Shown here piece after piece: positions 24,732-39,521 of a stretch of DNA of 50,718 bases. The stretch is taken from positions 62,001 through 112,718 of the forward strand of contig JYFJ02000730.1 in assembly GCA_000934665.2 (NCBI GenBank). The letters are read 5' to 3'. How positions within the stretch are numbered: position 1 is the stretch's first letter; each line of letters starts with the position of its first letter. The notes below the pieces were generated by a model that was not told the DNA's origin, made no database searches, and was given only the letters and a program-made list of their open reading frames with translations. Position numbers and translations under genes: made by a program. The stretch is from Catajapyx aquilonaris. Its lineage: Eukaryota.

Positions 24732-24962
24732 GCCAACTGGCTCTGGCAGTCGAGCGAGATGATGATGAAGCTGAAGCAGGCGCAACTTCGGCAGAGGCTC
24801 CGGCTTGCGTCAGAGGCCCTCTCTCCAAAGTCGCGCTCCTCTTCCTCCTCCTCCCCATTGCCCTCCCCCGTCACTTCTTCCCATCCTGTAAATGGCGAGG
24901 CTCAGAACGACACACCCAGGAAGTCACATCGGAGAACCAGGACCCGATCGAAGGTGGACTGA
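24732..24962 (+). CDS. TMEM18: TMEM18 exon 4 (last coding exon); protein 191 aa in total
   Basis: Acceptor TTGATCAG. ANWLWQSSEMMMKLKQAQLRQR matches the W.W.....M..LK.AQ.R pattern, followed by a Ser/Pro-rich and basic tail to TGA. Confidence 0.88.
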   Translation, partial: ANWLWQSSEMMMKLKQAQLRQRLRLASEALSPKSRSSSSSSPLPSPVTSSHPVNGEAQNDTPRKSHRRTRTRSKVD

Positions 24963-27900
24963 CTGCCGCCGCCACTTCTGCACAGTCATCTCATTTCAAG
25001 CCGCTACAGACTATTCACAACCGTACTGGTTGCATCTTGAGTGTTACTTAATATTGTCAGACCTTTCTTTTTACCTCCGCCGTACCCCATCCTTACCCCC
25101 ATCCCATTCCCTGTATCTAGAGTTTTCCCGTTTTACTGTGTTTTTTTTTTTTAGTCACAGGATGCCTTCAATCCTCCCCTCAAGTGTTTTAGTGGACTGT
25201 AGTCTCCAGGTGTTTGCTACCATTTTGGAACAATCCACACTCTTATGTAGGCTTGCGTGGTGTGTGTAGGGCAACAATCATAGGTGAAACCTACTGCAGT
25301 GTGTCTGAAATAATTGTGGTACAAGCGTCAAAAAGTTTTGTAGACATCATCTCTGGAAAATACTGGCCATGTTGTTGCGCTATTCCGAGGCGAAGCATGC
25401 CACACTCTCTGTAAGTCGTTGGAAGGGCTTAAAAGTAATAATAATAATAATCACAATAATTTTGTAGGGATCAAAGCTGTGATGATGAAATAAGCCATGT
25501 GTTTGCAATATATGCATTTCAAGCACATGCTTTTCCTGCAACGAGGAAAAAGGGTACAAAAAAAAATGAAAGTCGCTGATCTCGGTGCAAGTATGTTTAG
25601 CCATCGATGTTGAGTTTTTGTGTATGACAAATACGTGTAATGTAATTGTTCTGTAATAGTGATGATTTTTTTTAACTCTGCGCCTTCTAATCTAAGTTTC
25701 GTCTGTACTTAGACATGTACAGGTTCTTTAAAAAAGACATAGTGGTATTTTGTGCACACACAATGCAACGTAGGTGATTAGTAGTTGACTTCTGGGCTAT
25801 AAAATCTTTTGCTGATAAGTCTTTAAGTGGTTTGTACTTATATTGCCATTAGCATTGCTCACGTTTTGTTTACATGTATTCCCTCTCCCCCCTGGTTGCA
25901 ATGATCATCACAGCTTTTTGTGCCTTGGAGCAGTTTTACACACTCTCTCTCTCTCTCTCTACGGCCCTGTCTTTCTCTCTTGTCTGACCTTAAAAGGTTT
26001 TGTAGCTTCTTCCGCATACAACGATGTGTAGAAGGTTAACGTGACTTGGAGACTGTCCACCTTGTAAATCATGAGTACTCAAGGGAAGGGTTCCTCACTT
26101 GTTCAAACTTTTTTCAATAACAAATAATGAATATATAGGGGAAAAAAAAAAAAGCTGACCTGTTTGCTACCGAAGCAGTGCAGCTTAATTTCTGGTCAGA
26201 CATCAGCAGGCGATGTCGCTTTGTTGTACTCGCATAAGTGGCTTCTACTCGGTTTTGCATTCCATCACAGAATTGAGTAGCCTTAAATCATGCACATAAT
26301 GTCCGTGTATCCAATGTCATAAAAGCAGGGCGCGAGCCCTCAAGTTAATTTTGCACAGGCAAATATAGTGTGTTAATCATGTGGAAATCAGTAATTGTAC
26401 AGATGTGGCAATTTATATCGTTTACTTTCCGATTTATTACAACACCTTTGTCTGCAAGTGCTTGTCTGGGTTTTTTGTGTAATGCAATAATTAGGCCCTG
26501 TTTGGAATGGTCACATTAATATCAGGTGTTTGGCCTTCACCCAGAAGCAATAAAATTTTTAGCCTTGTTCGTCAGTCTTCCTTCATGATAGATATACAAA
26601 AAATGTTTTCCCAACATCTACTGGGTTACTAGGATTTCACTTACGTCCTCTTTTTTTTTTTTAAACCTTCAAGAAAGGACTTGTATATCTGCAATGTTGT
26701 TATGACCAGTAATATCGTGTGTAATAAAATTTTTGTGCCACCATCAGTAATGCTTTGTGACGTAACACTGGAGGGTATCGTAAGCAACACCTGAGTACTC
26801 TCGTAACCTAATGTGATTTTTGTAGCAGCATTGCTTTTTTTTTTATATACACATGGCTTTGCTAACGACTTCAGTTTTTCCCCTGAATCATTACGAATGT
26901 AGCAACAACTTGGGGAGCATATGCCACATCATCTGACCTTCGTATTTTATCCTGTACTGTTAGCTAACCCCATGTGTCTCAATACTTTTTACCGGGAGGA
27001 TGCATCCGGCAGGAGCAGTTGCTGGGGGGGTCATTGAATCCTGAAGAATTGTGCTCTATTAGAGGGATCTCAAGGTTACTAGGTTCGGTCGTACATGAAC
27101 GACGAATGCAACGAGGGGGGTGGGCAGGTTTAGCTCTGAAGATTCCATCACAGGATCTTCGCTTTTAAAGTCACATTTCCTCCTGCCCATTGTCATTGAA
27201 AAAAAAAAAAACTAACCAGAATACGCCCAATGTATTCTAGTGGCATATGCTTCAGAGGGAAATGCTTTATTGTTACACACACACAGTTTTGGAATCCAGA
27301 CTACTACCGTGTTGGTTTTGTGATAAGGAGGATTGTACATAAAGTTATGCAACATTCTCAGGGTTGAGTCGGATCTGTGTTGCAGGAATGGGAGTTTTTA
27401 AATAGGCTGATTCCTGCAATGCAACCTGTTGATGATGAAATCACAATTGTGTGATGTATTGTACGTATTTCCATTATGCACTTGGCTTAAAATATTTAAA
27501 TGAGAAAAAAAACCCACTTGTAGGATCTGCGTCGACTGATTGGGTATTAACATAATTGCAGGCTGCATATGAGCCATGGCACTGAAAAATGCGACTGTTG
27601 GGAAACCAAAGGTGTGCATAGGTTTAAATATAGGTCATCGATATTCACACCATATGTGTGCACAACTCTCTTTTTATATTGGTGATGACTCAACCCAATT
27701 GCGACAGAAAAATTGCTTTAGAAGAAGACACCCCAACCGAGTGTGACAAAACATATGCACAGAAAAAAATTGAACCTAAAGAGTGAATGTAAACGTTTCG
27801 AAATTTTTTGGGGAGTGGCCAGCTCGAATATTGGGAGAGTGTATCTAGATCTAGATCCCAAATTTATTAGAAAGGGGCTGGTTCATTCAGTGTTCAATCG

Positions 27901-28584
27901 TATGAATGCTCGAGCATTTTACGATAAAAAGGAAAATTGCATAAATAGTCTGGCTACTAAGGAGAAGGTATAGGTGGGGGGGATGCCTTTTAAAGTCCTT
28001 GAAGTGAACGCTGATTGGCCAAGGGACAAAAACAGGCTGAGCCAAGTGGGCCGAGGACATTTTATATGTTGGTGTGTGTGTGTGTGTTGCAGAGTGAGGG
28101 AATGGAGCAAACCCCCTCTTTTGTTCTTGTCCCCTTCGAATTTTATTTTTTAGCTTTAAATACATTTTTTTATACATATCAACCCAACATTTTTTGGGCG
28201 CCCTTGTCCAGATCAAACCAGCACATTTTTTTTGGTGTGTCAATATATAGGTTTCATGATCACTATTGCAAGAGAGGGATTTATATGAAATGCGGTGAAT
28301 AAAGTCGCAAGAGGAATTACATGAGATAATAAAATTGATCACAGAAAAATATATTTAAAGGGAATATACAATTTGAACAATAAAAATTTATTTGACACTT
28401 CTAGTTACTTACAATAAGTGGACAGCTCCCCTTCAGAAAATTTACATAATTATGTAATTATATTATTACCTACCTATGGGCCCTGCCCTAAAACGGGGCT
28501 ACGTAAATAAATAAATAAAATACATAAAATAGGTAATAATATTTATTTATTTTATGTATTTTGCATAAGTAATAAACTAATATT

Positions 28585-28695
28585 GTACTTTAAATGTATG
28601 ACCCTAAAGTCTGAACACATACTTGTAGGTAATAATATTTATTTATTTTGTGTTCAGACTTTAGGGTCATACACTCACCCTGTACATTTAAGTAC
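28585..28695. repeat. Inverted repeat
   Basis: TGTATGACCCTAAAGTCTGAACACA and its reverse complement. Confidence 0.65.
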
Positions 28696-28798
28696 AATAT
28701 CAGTTTATTAAGCTTATGCCAGATAAATTATTAATTACATCGCCTTGAATATTTGTGCATAATTATTCTCCACTCATATTATTTTATACAGCAGTTTG

Positions 28799-28865
<67 letters not shown>

Positions 28866-30414
28866 GTGTTAAGATATTAGCACATATAGTGCTCTGGTAG
28901 TTACATGCACGCTACTGTAATTAATGTACAAGTAATTGTAGGCATTGCGTGCAATTTAAGATGTTGGAATTCCCGACGGATCTAGTTCAAGGTGCCTGAG
29001 TTTTTAATGACTTTAATTGCCATACATTAATTTAGATTTTGGAATTTTGTACTGGGCACCTAAATATGCTGTGTGTGATCTCTGATTTTATTTTATTTTT
29101 TGAAAAAATTTTGCTCGTTGCAATTTTTTTTTAAGGTTTAGACATGCTGATACACTTTTTTCATCAGCATAATTTTCATATGAATCAGTATTATTGCATT
29201 TCTAGCCTTCAGTTAGAAATATTTCAAAATAGTTGTGTTTTTTGCTGCTCTAATCGGCGGAATTGTGCATTTCAAGGAAGCAACCATAACCATGCGCAAT
29301 AAAAGTCGCAAAAAAAAATTCACTCAAATTACGCAATAATTGCTTAAGACCGAGAAATACACGCACACACAAAAAACAATCGCAAAAATCTGCGACTGAT
29401 TTGTTTTTGTCCGAGTCTTAGCCTTCGGTGCAATGAGACTGCAATAACTGTGTATGATCCTTTTTCCCCACTTGTGCAATGATGAATACCCAATCAGGAA
29501 ACGAATTGTGCGATGTACACCAAATTTACAATACTTTTTTTTTGAACGTACGACACTGCGCTAATAATGGCAACATGATTTGAGCAAAATCGATAATGTA
29601 TACGTCTCAAAAAAAAAAAATTAAATGAAAGTAACGCCGCAACTTAAACAAAAAAATCAAAGTCATACGCATGTGAAGTAAGTGAAGGACATTCTCACAT
29701 TCCAGAAAAATGCCTTTCCATATAATTATAGAAAGGTCAATTAATAATTCTTTATAATTAAAAGATTAATGAGCTTTCGTATAAACTGACGGACATTGTT
29801 GACCCAGTTATTGATATTTTTACTCAAATTATCCGCGCATTTATTTGTTATTTTATTGTGCAACTGTTTATTATACTTACATGCATATAATTATGCATTA
29901 CCTGAGTTTATTTTGTGCACGTGCGTGTGATTATTATTTTTGCGTGGTGGAGCTTGGCAGGGCATTCATTTTGCAATAGTTTTTTTTTTGTCCAAGGTTT
30001 CCATTCATGCTCGACGACATCATTTTACCTGGGCATGACCTTCAACTTTCCAGAACCAGATGTTGTTTGGGGGGGAATTTTTGCTCCCCCCTGTACTAAA
30101 AAGATCACAGACTCTCTGATGGGGGGGTTCACAGTGGAATGTCAGCTCGATTTAAATATTTTTATTTATTTTAGAGGTCATCATCCTGAGCGGGTTTTCA
30201 TAACGAGAAAAAAATTTGGTAACTGCGTACTTAAGAGTGAATCATCTCATGTATTGCAGCAATGTCACCAAAGTGTCACGTCCTTTCACTTCATATTTTG
30301 GTGACACATTGTCCTCCTGGAGGCTATACGATATATTTAGGATGACACATCCCGCAGGATTATCCAGATATATCAGCCAAGTATGCCCTGGAGGTATCTT
30401 ACTCATACTATAGT

Positions 30415-30782
30415 CATGGAGCATATACTATACATAAGAGGCGCAAACAATTCGATTTCCGCGTCTCTCTGTTTGGGGAGTTGCCAAGGCTGGCTGCCAT
30501 TTTGAAGTGTGGGTAACGCCAACGAGGTATAAATAGGGTACAGGCAAAAATAATGTCCGCCATCTTTGATTCGCGCGTGTTCTTGACGTGTAGTTGCCAT
30601 GGCCGCCACAACCATCAAAGATGGCGGACCCTATTTTTGCCTGTACCCTATTTATACCTCGTTGGCGTTGCCCCCATTTCAAAATGGCCGCTAGCCTTGG
30701 CAACGGCCCCAAACAGAGAGACGCGAACATCAAAGGCGCCGACAGAGTTTGCGCCTCTTATGTAGTATAATTATGCTCCTTG
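30415..30782. mobile_element. Foldback/palindromic MITE (fragment also at ~12118-12170)
   Basis: Arms of ~150 bp that are near reverse complements, e.g. ATAAATAGGGTACAGGCAAAAATA...TCCGCCATCTTTGAT. Confidence 0.8.
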
Positions 30783-31497
30783 CTATTAATAGTCATACAC
30801 ATCAGACAAAGAGTGAAATATAAACGCAAACTGTATGTCCTCCGGGCTTTTTTGTGACCCCCCCCCCCCCNGATTTTTTAATTAGACATGACCCTCTTAC
30901 GGAGCTATTAATCAATAGACAAAACGGAGCTCGATTTCACACCGCAATCTCCTCAATCAGCATTACACACACACCCTAACGATGACTATGTTAATTTACA
31001 TGTGAGCACAATACTTCATTACTACGACACTTTCACTTTGCACCAACACTTTTTAAATATTTAATATTATTAATAATGCCCCAGCACTTTGGTGTCATGC
31101 ATATTATTTCTTGACGCCATTTCTGGCGCAATTCATCGTTTCAATTCGTAACGCAACATGCCTGATAATATAACCTATAACTGCGCCATTCCTACCAGAT
31201 GGGCAGACGGTACAGAGAGCAACGTGCATGGGATTGACGAAGTAATAAGGGTAAGTAGTTTATAATCTTGCATTAGTCCGATAGCAGCATTTGTGAAGAA
31301 ACATGCTCTTGAAGATATCTCGCGGTAATTGACACTCATCATCACCATTCGTATGTGCTCATTGCTTAATTCATTGTTACATGTGAAGCCTCCCTGTTCA
31401 TATAGAGTATGAATTGTTACTTATTCCAAATGGTTGCTTTCTCGTTAAGTGGTTGCCATAGGAAAAACAATCCGTTCTCTTGGACTGTTTGTAGATA

Positions 31498-31649
31498 CTA
31501 TAACACGCAAAAAGATTGCCGCGCTGTATACCAGTGTGGTGTCCGCGACTTTTTGTTTGCCATCCTGCCGCAAGGGGCGTTGTTTGAAGTGATTAAGAAG
31601 TCGCGGACACCACACGGATACAGCTCGACAATCCTTTTGCGTGTTATAG
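31498..31649. mobile_element. Palindromic MITE flanked by TA
   Basis: CTATAACACGCAAAA...GTGTGGTGTCCGCGACTT and its inverted copy. Confidence 0.75.
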
Positions 31650-31800
31650 TAACATATGAGCTTAAAAAAAGCAGCTTATGCCTTATTATGAATATATGAA
31701 TATTGTACGGCATTATTTACATGAATTACATGTAAATATGTTTCTGGTGCCATATACGGCCATTCTTTCTTCTTCATAAACACAGCGCATGTATCGGCCA

Positions 31801-31962
31801 GGAGGCGTATACTCATCCAGGTCACACGCAATCGACAAAGTCGATTGACGTCAAAATGACGTCGCCAATGATGACCAGGGCAGGGCGAGGAGAATTGGCG
31901 ACGTCATTTTGATGTCAATCGACTTTGTCGATTGCGAGTGACCTGGATGAGTATACGCCTCC
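31801..31962. mobile_element. Near-perfect palindromic MITE
   Basis: ~69-bp arms GGAGGCGTATACTCATCCAGGTCAC...GACGTCGCCAAT. Confidence 0.8.
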
Positions 31963-32629
31963 ATGCAGACGAGAATGACATGGAATATATGTGAACACAC
32001 AAAAACAAAAGGTATAACTTCTAGAAGCATTAGCTCGGACAAAAATAATCACCAGAGTCCTATATAACTATTAAAATTGTTATTCTTCTCTTTTGTCGTG
32101 TTAAACGTGAAGGTTATCTTTTAAAGATTGCTTCATATTTACACATTGGTGGTGCAATGCTGCCCAAATAAGCCCCCGCTGTTCATGAGAGTACACGGGC
32201 ATATGTGAGCATGTTATTTACCATACAATAATTAACCTCTTTTAAATATACACGCAGTAATTAGCACGTTGCTTCTATAACTGGTTGAGTGCTTTTCTTT
32301 TTAATTATTGTTTCCTGCCATACATTACAAGGCAAGTCATGACGCAACGACGCCCAAAACTTCATTCTGCAATATATATTGCGTAATGAGGATCATAGAT
32401 TTTGCATGTGACCAAAATCCACTTGATCGGATTTGCAAAGTGTGACAATAATAACGTACTACCTGCGCAACACCGGATAGCAAGTGACGTTCAGTATAGG
32501 CTACATGATAATGCGTTATTTTAACCACATTATTGAACCAACTGAACCAAATTGAATATAAATAATTTAATTGCAATACCTAAAACAATGATAAATACCT
32601 GTAATAATGATGAATGAAATAATAAAAAT

Positions 32630-33190
32630 AATACATGAAAATTTAAATATGTATTTATGATGAATTATTTTAAATATGTATTTATGATGAATTATTTTAA
32701 ATATGTATTTATGATGAATTATTTTAAATGTGTATTTATAATGAATTGTTTTAAATATGCATTTAAATTTTCATTGATTATATTTTATCATGATTATCAT
32801 TGTTGTTTCAGGTATTGCAATTAAGTTATTTATATTAAATTAAAAATAAATACCGAAATAAATATTTAAAACTAATTATCATAAATGCAATACTAAACTT
32901 ATAAGATGATGATAAATACTGTAATTAACAAATAAAGAATATAATAGCAAATAAATATTTAAAACTAATCATCATAAATGCAATACTAAACTTATAAAAT
33001 GATGATAAATACTGTAATTAATAAATAAAGAATATAATAGCAAATAAATTTTTTAAAATTAATCACCATAAATGCACTATTAAAATTAATTATCATAAAT
33101 ACAATATTAAACTAATAAAATGATGATGAGTACGGTAATAAATAAATAAATAACGAAACATAAAATTATAAATACAATAATAATGAATAT
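32630..33190. repeat. AT-rich tandem/low-complexity repeats
   Basis: TTTAAATATGTATTTATGATGAATTATT tandem units followed by a longer duplicated AT-rich unit. Confidence 0.75.
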
Positions 33191-35363
33191 ACTATATAAA
33201 TAAATAATAAAGTTAATAAAGAAGAAGAAGAATTGAAGAAGAAGAAAAAAGAATGTTTACAATTCGAATACCGTAACTCGAAAAGTAGTTCCATCATTCC
33301 ATCGTATGATGCTTCAAAACTGTGCGCATGTCACGCACAAATTAAATAAGCGCAACCCGCAATTGTCGTCTCAAATTGCGCACGTTAAAAAAACCTAGTG
33401 TTTTTTTTTTTATATATTTAATTTAAAGTGAGCCCAGTGCGCAGGTCGGTTAGACCGCGGAGGGATACCAGACCGCGGTGATGCGTCCTCGCGGCCCCTT
33501 TTTCTTTTTTTTCTTCCGCCATAGAAGATAGAACGAAAAATATTCCCATCAGTGTGGCTACAATGGCTGTGCTGTGCGGACCCTCCCTCCTCGCTCCCTG
33601 ACCCGGTTTGGGACCCGGTACAATTGTTGTCCCAAAACACACCCTGTACCCTTCCCATCAACCCTAAAAAAAACACCCACGTAAAACAAAAACAAAATCG
33701 GATTATACCGGCCTTAAGGTACAGTACCGTATTCGAACACAATTTTTTTTTTGACAGGTAGTGCCAACACTACCGTATTTCACTCTGTGCATGTACTGTA
33801 CTTATAGTTTCTCACTTGTGCCCCTTATTGTTATAATTACACGGGCGGGCGTCACCTCTTTTTCTCTCTCATGGATCGCCCTTGGTGACGTAACCAACGT
33901 CCGATGAGGTCACCACCAGGGTTATTTTAATGTATATACACTGCACATGTTGGGGAATTTAGCAAATAATTGCGTGTCGAATATAAAATGCGTCGCCAAT
34001 TTATATTATCGCTAAAAAAAATAATAATAATCAAAGGCTGACAATATGTTGCACCACATGTTAGCATATGCATGACTTACATTCGAACGGTCATGACACG
34101 TAACAAATTTGGCAACAATGACGACGCTAACAGCAATTTAAATATTAAATTAACCCGGAAAAATCGATATTATATTTATATGCAGAAATACACTGCAAGT
34201 CATCCAAAAGTACTACAAACAATTATTGTTGTATGCGGTACTGTATAAATATGAATCGTTGTTCATACAGTATGTGCTAAAAATTAGAGCAGAAAAAAAT
34301 TTGGCAAATTGAGGGGGGGGGGGGGTAACCATATGGGTAGGTTTCTGTTGCAATGTATTGATTTGCGCGCGTCTCTCTCGTCCATGTCACAGCCTGACAT
34401 TCATTTCGCGGATTTCGCATATGTTGCTGAAATAAATTTTCGCGGAAAAAAATTGTGTGGCTTAACGCAATTTTTGTCACCGCCAAAAAAAAATATGCGA
34501 CGGATTATCTGTGACGTGTACTTGTTGTTTTTTTTCGCGATCTAAAGTTAGCATATTGTCGCAAAATGTGACGTCACATTTTTTTTGCGTGCAGAACGCA
34601 CGACCGGATATTTTAATGATTATTTTAAATATGCTGCAAGATAAGTGCTATCAGGGAGTTAACTGGGCCTGATATAATTATAACCACATGACACACATGC
34701 TGTTAGGACGTGACTGATTTCAATTAAATGCAATAACTGATTAAAAAGGCAGGTTGCACCATACTCCGCGGATTCATCATCGTTTAAACTGTGGTTAAAA
34801 CCAGCATTACTTAAAAACTATTGTATTAGATAATAAGTGCTATGCAAACTTGCAATTAGACCAGTTAAAATTAATGCCAGTAAAAGCAAAAAAATATATG
34901 TCGTCGTACAGTAGGCCTAATGATAAAACCGGATCTAATTGCAACCACATGCCTCAGTGTTGTCATGTAATAAAAGTACCGTTAATTAATTGAAATATTA
35001 TATTAATAATGGGGGTACCCAGCACAAAAGTTTTGAATCGTTTGCTCTACCAACAAGTTGAAAGAGAAGCAACCAGATTCTTGCCTGTAAACCGTTTTTT
35101 TTTTTTGCAAAGTTCAATCAACACTTGCTGGTGGTGCACTTATTAAATATTGTTTACATCAGGTTATTGTTTGTGTAACACATATTTTGCGTACCAAACA
35201 GTAAAAATGTGTAGCCAGTTTATGGCCGAAAGAAACACCCCTTCATGCCGAAATCAGCCGGTTTTTCTTTACATAAACAGGCTGCTGTAATTTGCTTACT
35301 TTTTTAGTGCACCCTCATTATTTAGTACAGACTGGGACTCTTGTAATTATTTGTTTTACATAA

Positions 35364-35507
35364 TTTGGCAACACTGCCCAGTCCGCCTCCCCACTTGGAC
35401 TTAGTACGATATGCAACAATCAGATGGCGCGCATCCTCCCATCTCCGCACGCTACTGCCACGGTGGTAGCTGTGGTTAACTACATGCACGTTGGTGATGA
35501 GTCGCGT
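35364..35507 (+). mobile_element. Repeat family A copy
   Basis: Same blocks as 8263-8422. Confidence 0.75.
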
Positions 35508-36534
35508 GTAAGGTCAAATTGTGTACATAATGTGTGGAATATGCTGATCCACAGGTTTGAGAGGACCTTCAACTATACACTTTTTAAAGGGATGGTGTGT
35601 CTGCAGCATTTAGAAGGGGGCACCACAGCCAGTTTGTGTGATAAAACCGCAGCTTTAACCTCGTTATTTATGTGGGGCAACGAACTAAGCGACATTTCAA
35701 GGATAAATCCGCTTGCATATTATCATAAAAGACATATAAAAGAAGCAGTTGGTTGCAAACCTGCCTCAAAACCACAAAAGCTTCAGGTTGTTGCTAACAA
35801 TAAAATGTGGCGGCGATTGTTGCTTGATTGTTGGTTCCAAAAAAATAATAATTTACTGGGTTCGTTTTGTGAGCCGCCAACTTGATAGTTCCGATTGACA
35901 TTTATTTAATCAATAATAATTTTTAAGGGGCCCCCTGTACATGAAGTACATAATCCAGTGTTTGAGGGACGTGTCGAATGGCTATGAAACAATGCAAGGC
36001 CGCAAGGTATTTGCGCGGCCTCGGTGCGATAATCATCGGCAGCATTGCCTGACACTGCAACTGACTGGCCGACGATCGTTTAATGTTGTTGTGTACGTGT
36101 GTTATTTACATTCTCAAAATGTATATATGTATATATCCAACAGGCGGAAACGAAGCGAAACAAAAAGAATGAATACTACAGGCCTTTTGTTGCAACTCTC
36201 ACGATGGCTCAGGGAGGTTGGTTGGTTGCATGATGACATTGACCCAGAAAAGCCGGAACTGCTGTTGGGGTCGACATCATTCTCTCTCTCTATAGCTCTT
36301 TCTTTATTTTCCTTTTTTTCCCCCCCCTTAACCTGTGCGAAACTTGAATAAATAGGCCTAGGTCAAGGTTCAGACTATATGGCAAGGCCAGGGGGGAGAA
36401 GAGGTTTTAAATATCTGGAGCACACGATTGTGTAAAAGAGCCAGCTGAGTTAATGAAGAAATTATTAAGAAATGGAAGGTCCGCCCTAGGCCGCAGGCCT
36501 AGAAAAACGCGAGCGAAGCGAAGCCTTTCTAGTA

Positions 36535-36990
36535 TAATAAATAAAGAAAAAATGTTAAATACTAAATAATACTAAATAATAAAAAATAAAAATACTAAAT
36601 AATACTAAATAATAAAAAATAAAAAATACTAAATAATAAAAAATAAAAAATAATACAAATATTAGACATAAATAAGAAGTAAAATTAATAAAATTAATAG
36701 AAATAAATAGAAATAAAAAGTAAATGAAAATAATGAAATAAAAACAATGAAAATAATGAAAATAATGAAATAAAAATGAAATAAAAACAATGAAAATAAT
36801 TAAATAAAAATTAAATAAAAACAATGAATAATAAATTTAGCAAATAAATGAAAAAGAATCAATGGTAAATAATAAGTGGAAATGAGTAATGAATAAAATA
36901 ATAAATGAATAATGAATTACATCAATAGGTGAATAATGAAACACTCAAAGAATAAATAAATAAACTTAACAATAAAATTATTAACACGAA
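36535..36990. repeat. A-rich low-complexity region
   Basis: AAAT/AATAA-type degenerate repeats. Confidence 0.75.
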
Positions 36991-38319
36991 TATACGAGTA
37001 TATTTGACATTTAAAATTTAAACACAAATAATTTAGGCAATTGTGATTTAAAATTTACAACCCACAAAGCGTTTCAGCGATGTGTATTTCGCGTAATGGG
37101 TTTTAAAATCCAGCTTATTAAAAAAACAGCTACTTTCTTTGGCCATCAAGATATATTAGCTGATAATATTAGGTTGTGTGCTGGCGGTGGATCAGGCGAA
37201 AATTTGTTAACATATTTGTGACATTCTATGCCGGAAATTACAACGAATAACTTTGATGGACAATTCATCCTCCCCCCCNATAATAATTACAGCCCCCCCC
37301 CTCCCCCCTCCCACTCTATCTCCTGCGCCGGGGGAATCTCCAATCTCTGTTGTTTAAACTCTTTCCCTCGTCTAATTTTAGCGCTCATAATCAGCAAAAA
37401 TTGGCACACCTCTGCAGATAATTGCAACATTGCTGGATCCTCCTTCCGGTTGCGTATCTTGGGCCAAAAAAGTCGTCGGTGTATGTGTGTGTGTGTGTGT
37501 GTGTGTATGGGTCACCGGTCGTGCACGACTGCGCACAGCCTGGCAAGGTTACAATACTGGCACACTTTTCAGAGTTTGTTAACTGTGTTGGAAGTGGGTT
37601 GGAAGTGGGTGGGTGGATGCTGGGGAGAGGAGGAGGGGAATCTGTGTTGTGTATGTGAAGGGGACAGGTGACCTCTCCTCGTAAGTGACCTTGCAGGACT
37701 TTCTGGCCCGGCTCTCCGCCGCGCTGATTTCAAAATCACCTCCAGCCCGGTTTTGCGAAGGTGACGCAAACACATACTGTTCTCCCAGGGCCCGCCTTCG
37801 AAAGGGTTCGAAATGTCGCAGGAAATTAGCCCCTGGGGTACAAAGACCAAAGCTTGTTCCAAAATAAAAAGAAAGAGAAACAAGTGCGAGTGTGTGTACA
37901 TTTTGTAACACTGTTAGTTGTGTAACACATCACATTTTGGGTATGGATAAGTTCAAGTGTGTACTACGATATAAAAAAAAGAAGTTTCGCAATAAAACCT
38001 GCTTTTATTCTGGGGGTGAACAATCCATAATCTGTGCCTCTTTTGTATGAGAACTTGAGCAACATTGTATGCAATGAGCGGCATTCACGTTTGGCTGTAT
38101 ATGCGCAATATATTCGGCACACACAATTTTCCATAATGAATCATCGTTCAATTCTTATAAATCCGGTGTGCACAAACACACACACGTGTTGTTGCTTCAA
38201 ATGGTGTCATATTATCCGTAAGTCACATTTGTTGCGTAAATCGTGCATAAATTCATATACCGGTAGTGTACATGCGATTATTGTTGCATTACCCCATTGG
38301 GATTTACCATATCCTTTCT

Positions 38320-38594
38320 AAGGGGGGTGGATTACCACCATCGGAAATTGGAGCCGTATAAGAAGATCTTAAAATTAATTACTCCAGGGTAGGTAGGATG
38401 TGCAATGTCTCTAATCGTCATTTTGTGAGCTCCCCCCGGGTGGATTAGTCTTTAGGAAATTGCCACCCGAAATGAAGCCAGAGATGGCCTCAACTCTGCA
38501 TGGATAAAAGGTGGGGAACCCCGGGTGGGGATCGAACCCGGGACCCTTAATATCCGTGGGCGCGTACGTTACCGCAGTGCTACTTCACCTCCCC
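38320..38594 (-). mobile_element. tRNA-derived SINE (third family)
   Basis: - strand head GGGGAGGTGAAGTAGCACTGCGGT (A box-like) and B box GGTTCGATCC; 3' boundary approximate. Confidence 0.65.
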
Positions 38595-38805
38595 GCGGAT
38601 TTGTTGGATTCATGGGACTTCATGATGATTTGTTGGATTTATAATGGATTCATAATTTGTGGTATTTAATAGCATTCACGATGATTTAGGTGATTTGTAT
38701 GACTTCACAGTGATTGATATAAGTGACTGTCATAATGACTTATTAGATTCATGTGATTGGATCAATGATTTATGGCCTTCACAGTGGGACTTCATGATGA
38801 TTTAG

Positions 38806-38918
38806 CCTCCTGAGACCCCTGGTACAGTATACTGTACCTTTATTTTTTCCAGCACCTTCTGACTAACTCAAACGCGTGTAAAAAAAAGGTGATTAAACTT
38901 ACTAGGGGTCTCAGGAGG
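38806..38918. mobile_element. piggyBac-like MITE with TTAG target duplication
   Basis: Perfect TIR CCTCCTGAGACCCCT with TTAG on both sides. Confidence 0.8.
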
Positions 38919-39521
38919 TTAGGATTTGTGGGATTTCCCTATTGATTTGTTGGATTTATTGGTAAGTGGATATTTGACTGATCATAAAGTCTGCTCCTGG
39001 AGTATATATAGTTAGGGTGTGGATGCTTATGTTGTATATGTTGTGAAGGAGACAAGGTCCAAGGTCGGTTCCAGTTGGTTCTATGCACGTTGAAGGGGGG
39101 AAGGTGGGGGCTGGGGGGGGATTGAGCTGGTATGGTGCAAGATGTGTGGTGACGCAAAAAGGGGTGATGTTGGGGGGTGCGGTTGGGTGGGTTGAAACAT
39201 TAAATGGTCTAGCTCCCCCCCCTCCCAAACAGATACTGGGAATTGTTGCTTAACTCGATGCAACTCTGATGCCTGACTAAAATAAAGTTTGCCAATATGA
39301 TGCATAGTGATGGAGAGGTAATACAGGTGGAATATTGTGCGCAACACGGATATACGTGCAGGTGTAAGTGCGCGGTTTAATTACATTGGAGTTATTGCAG
39401 GTTGTATGTGCGCGACACGTGTTTGCTACACGTGCTTGGTGAAGCCTGATTTCTGTGTGAAGGCTAAGTACAATTTATATATATTGCGATGTTTATTATT
39501 GAGAAATTTACCTACCCGGTA

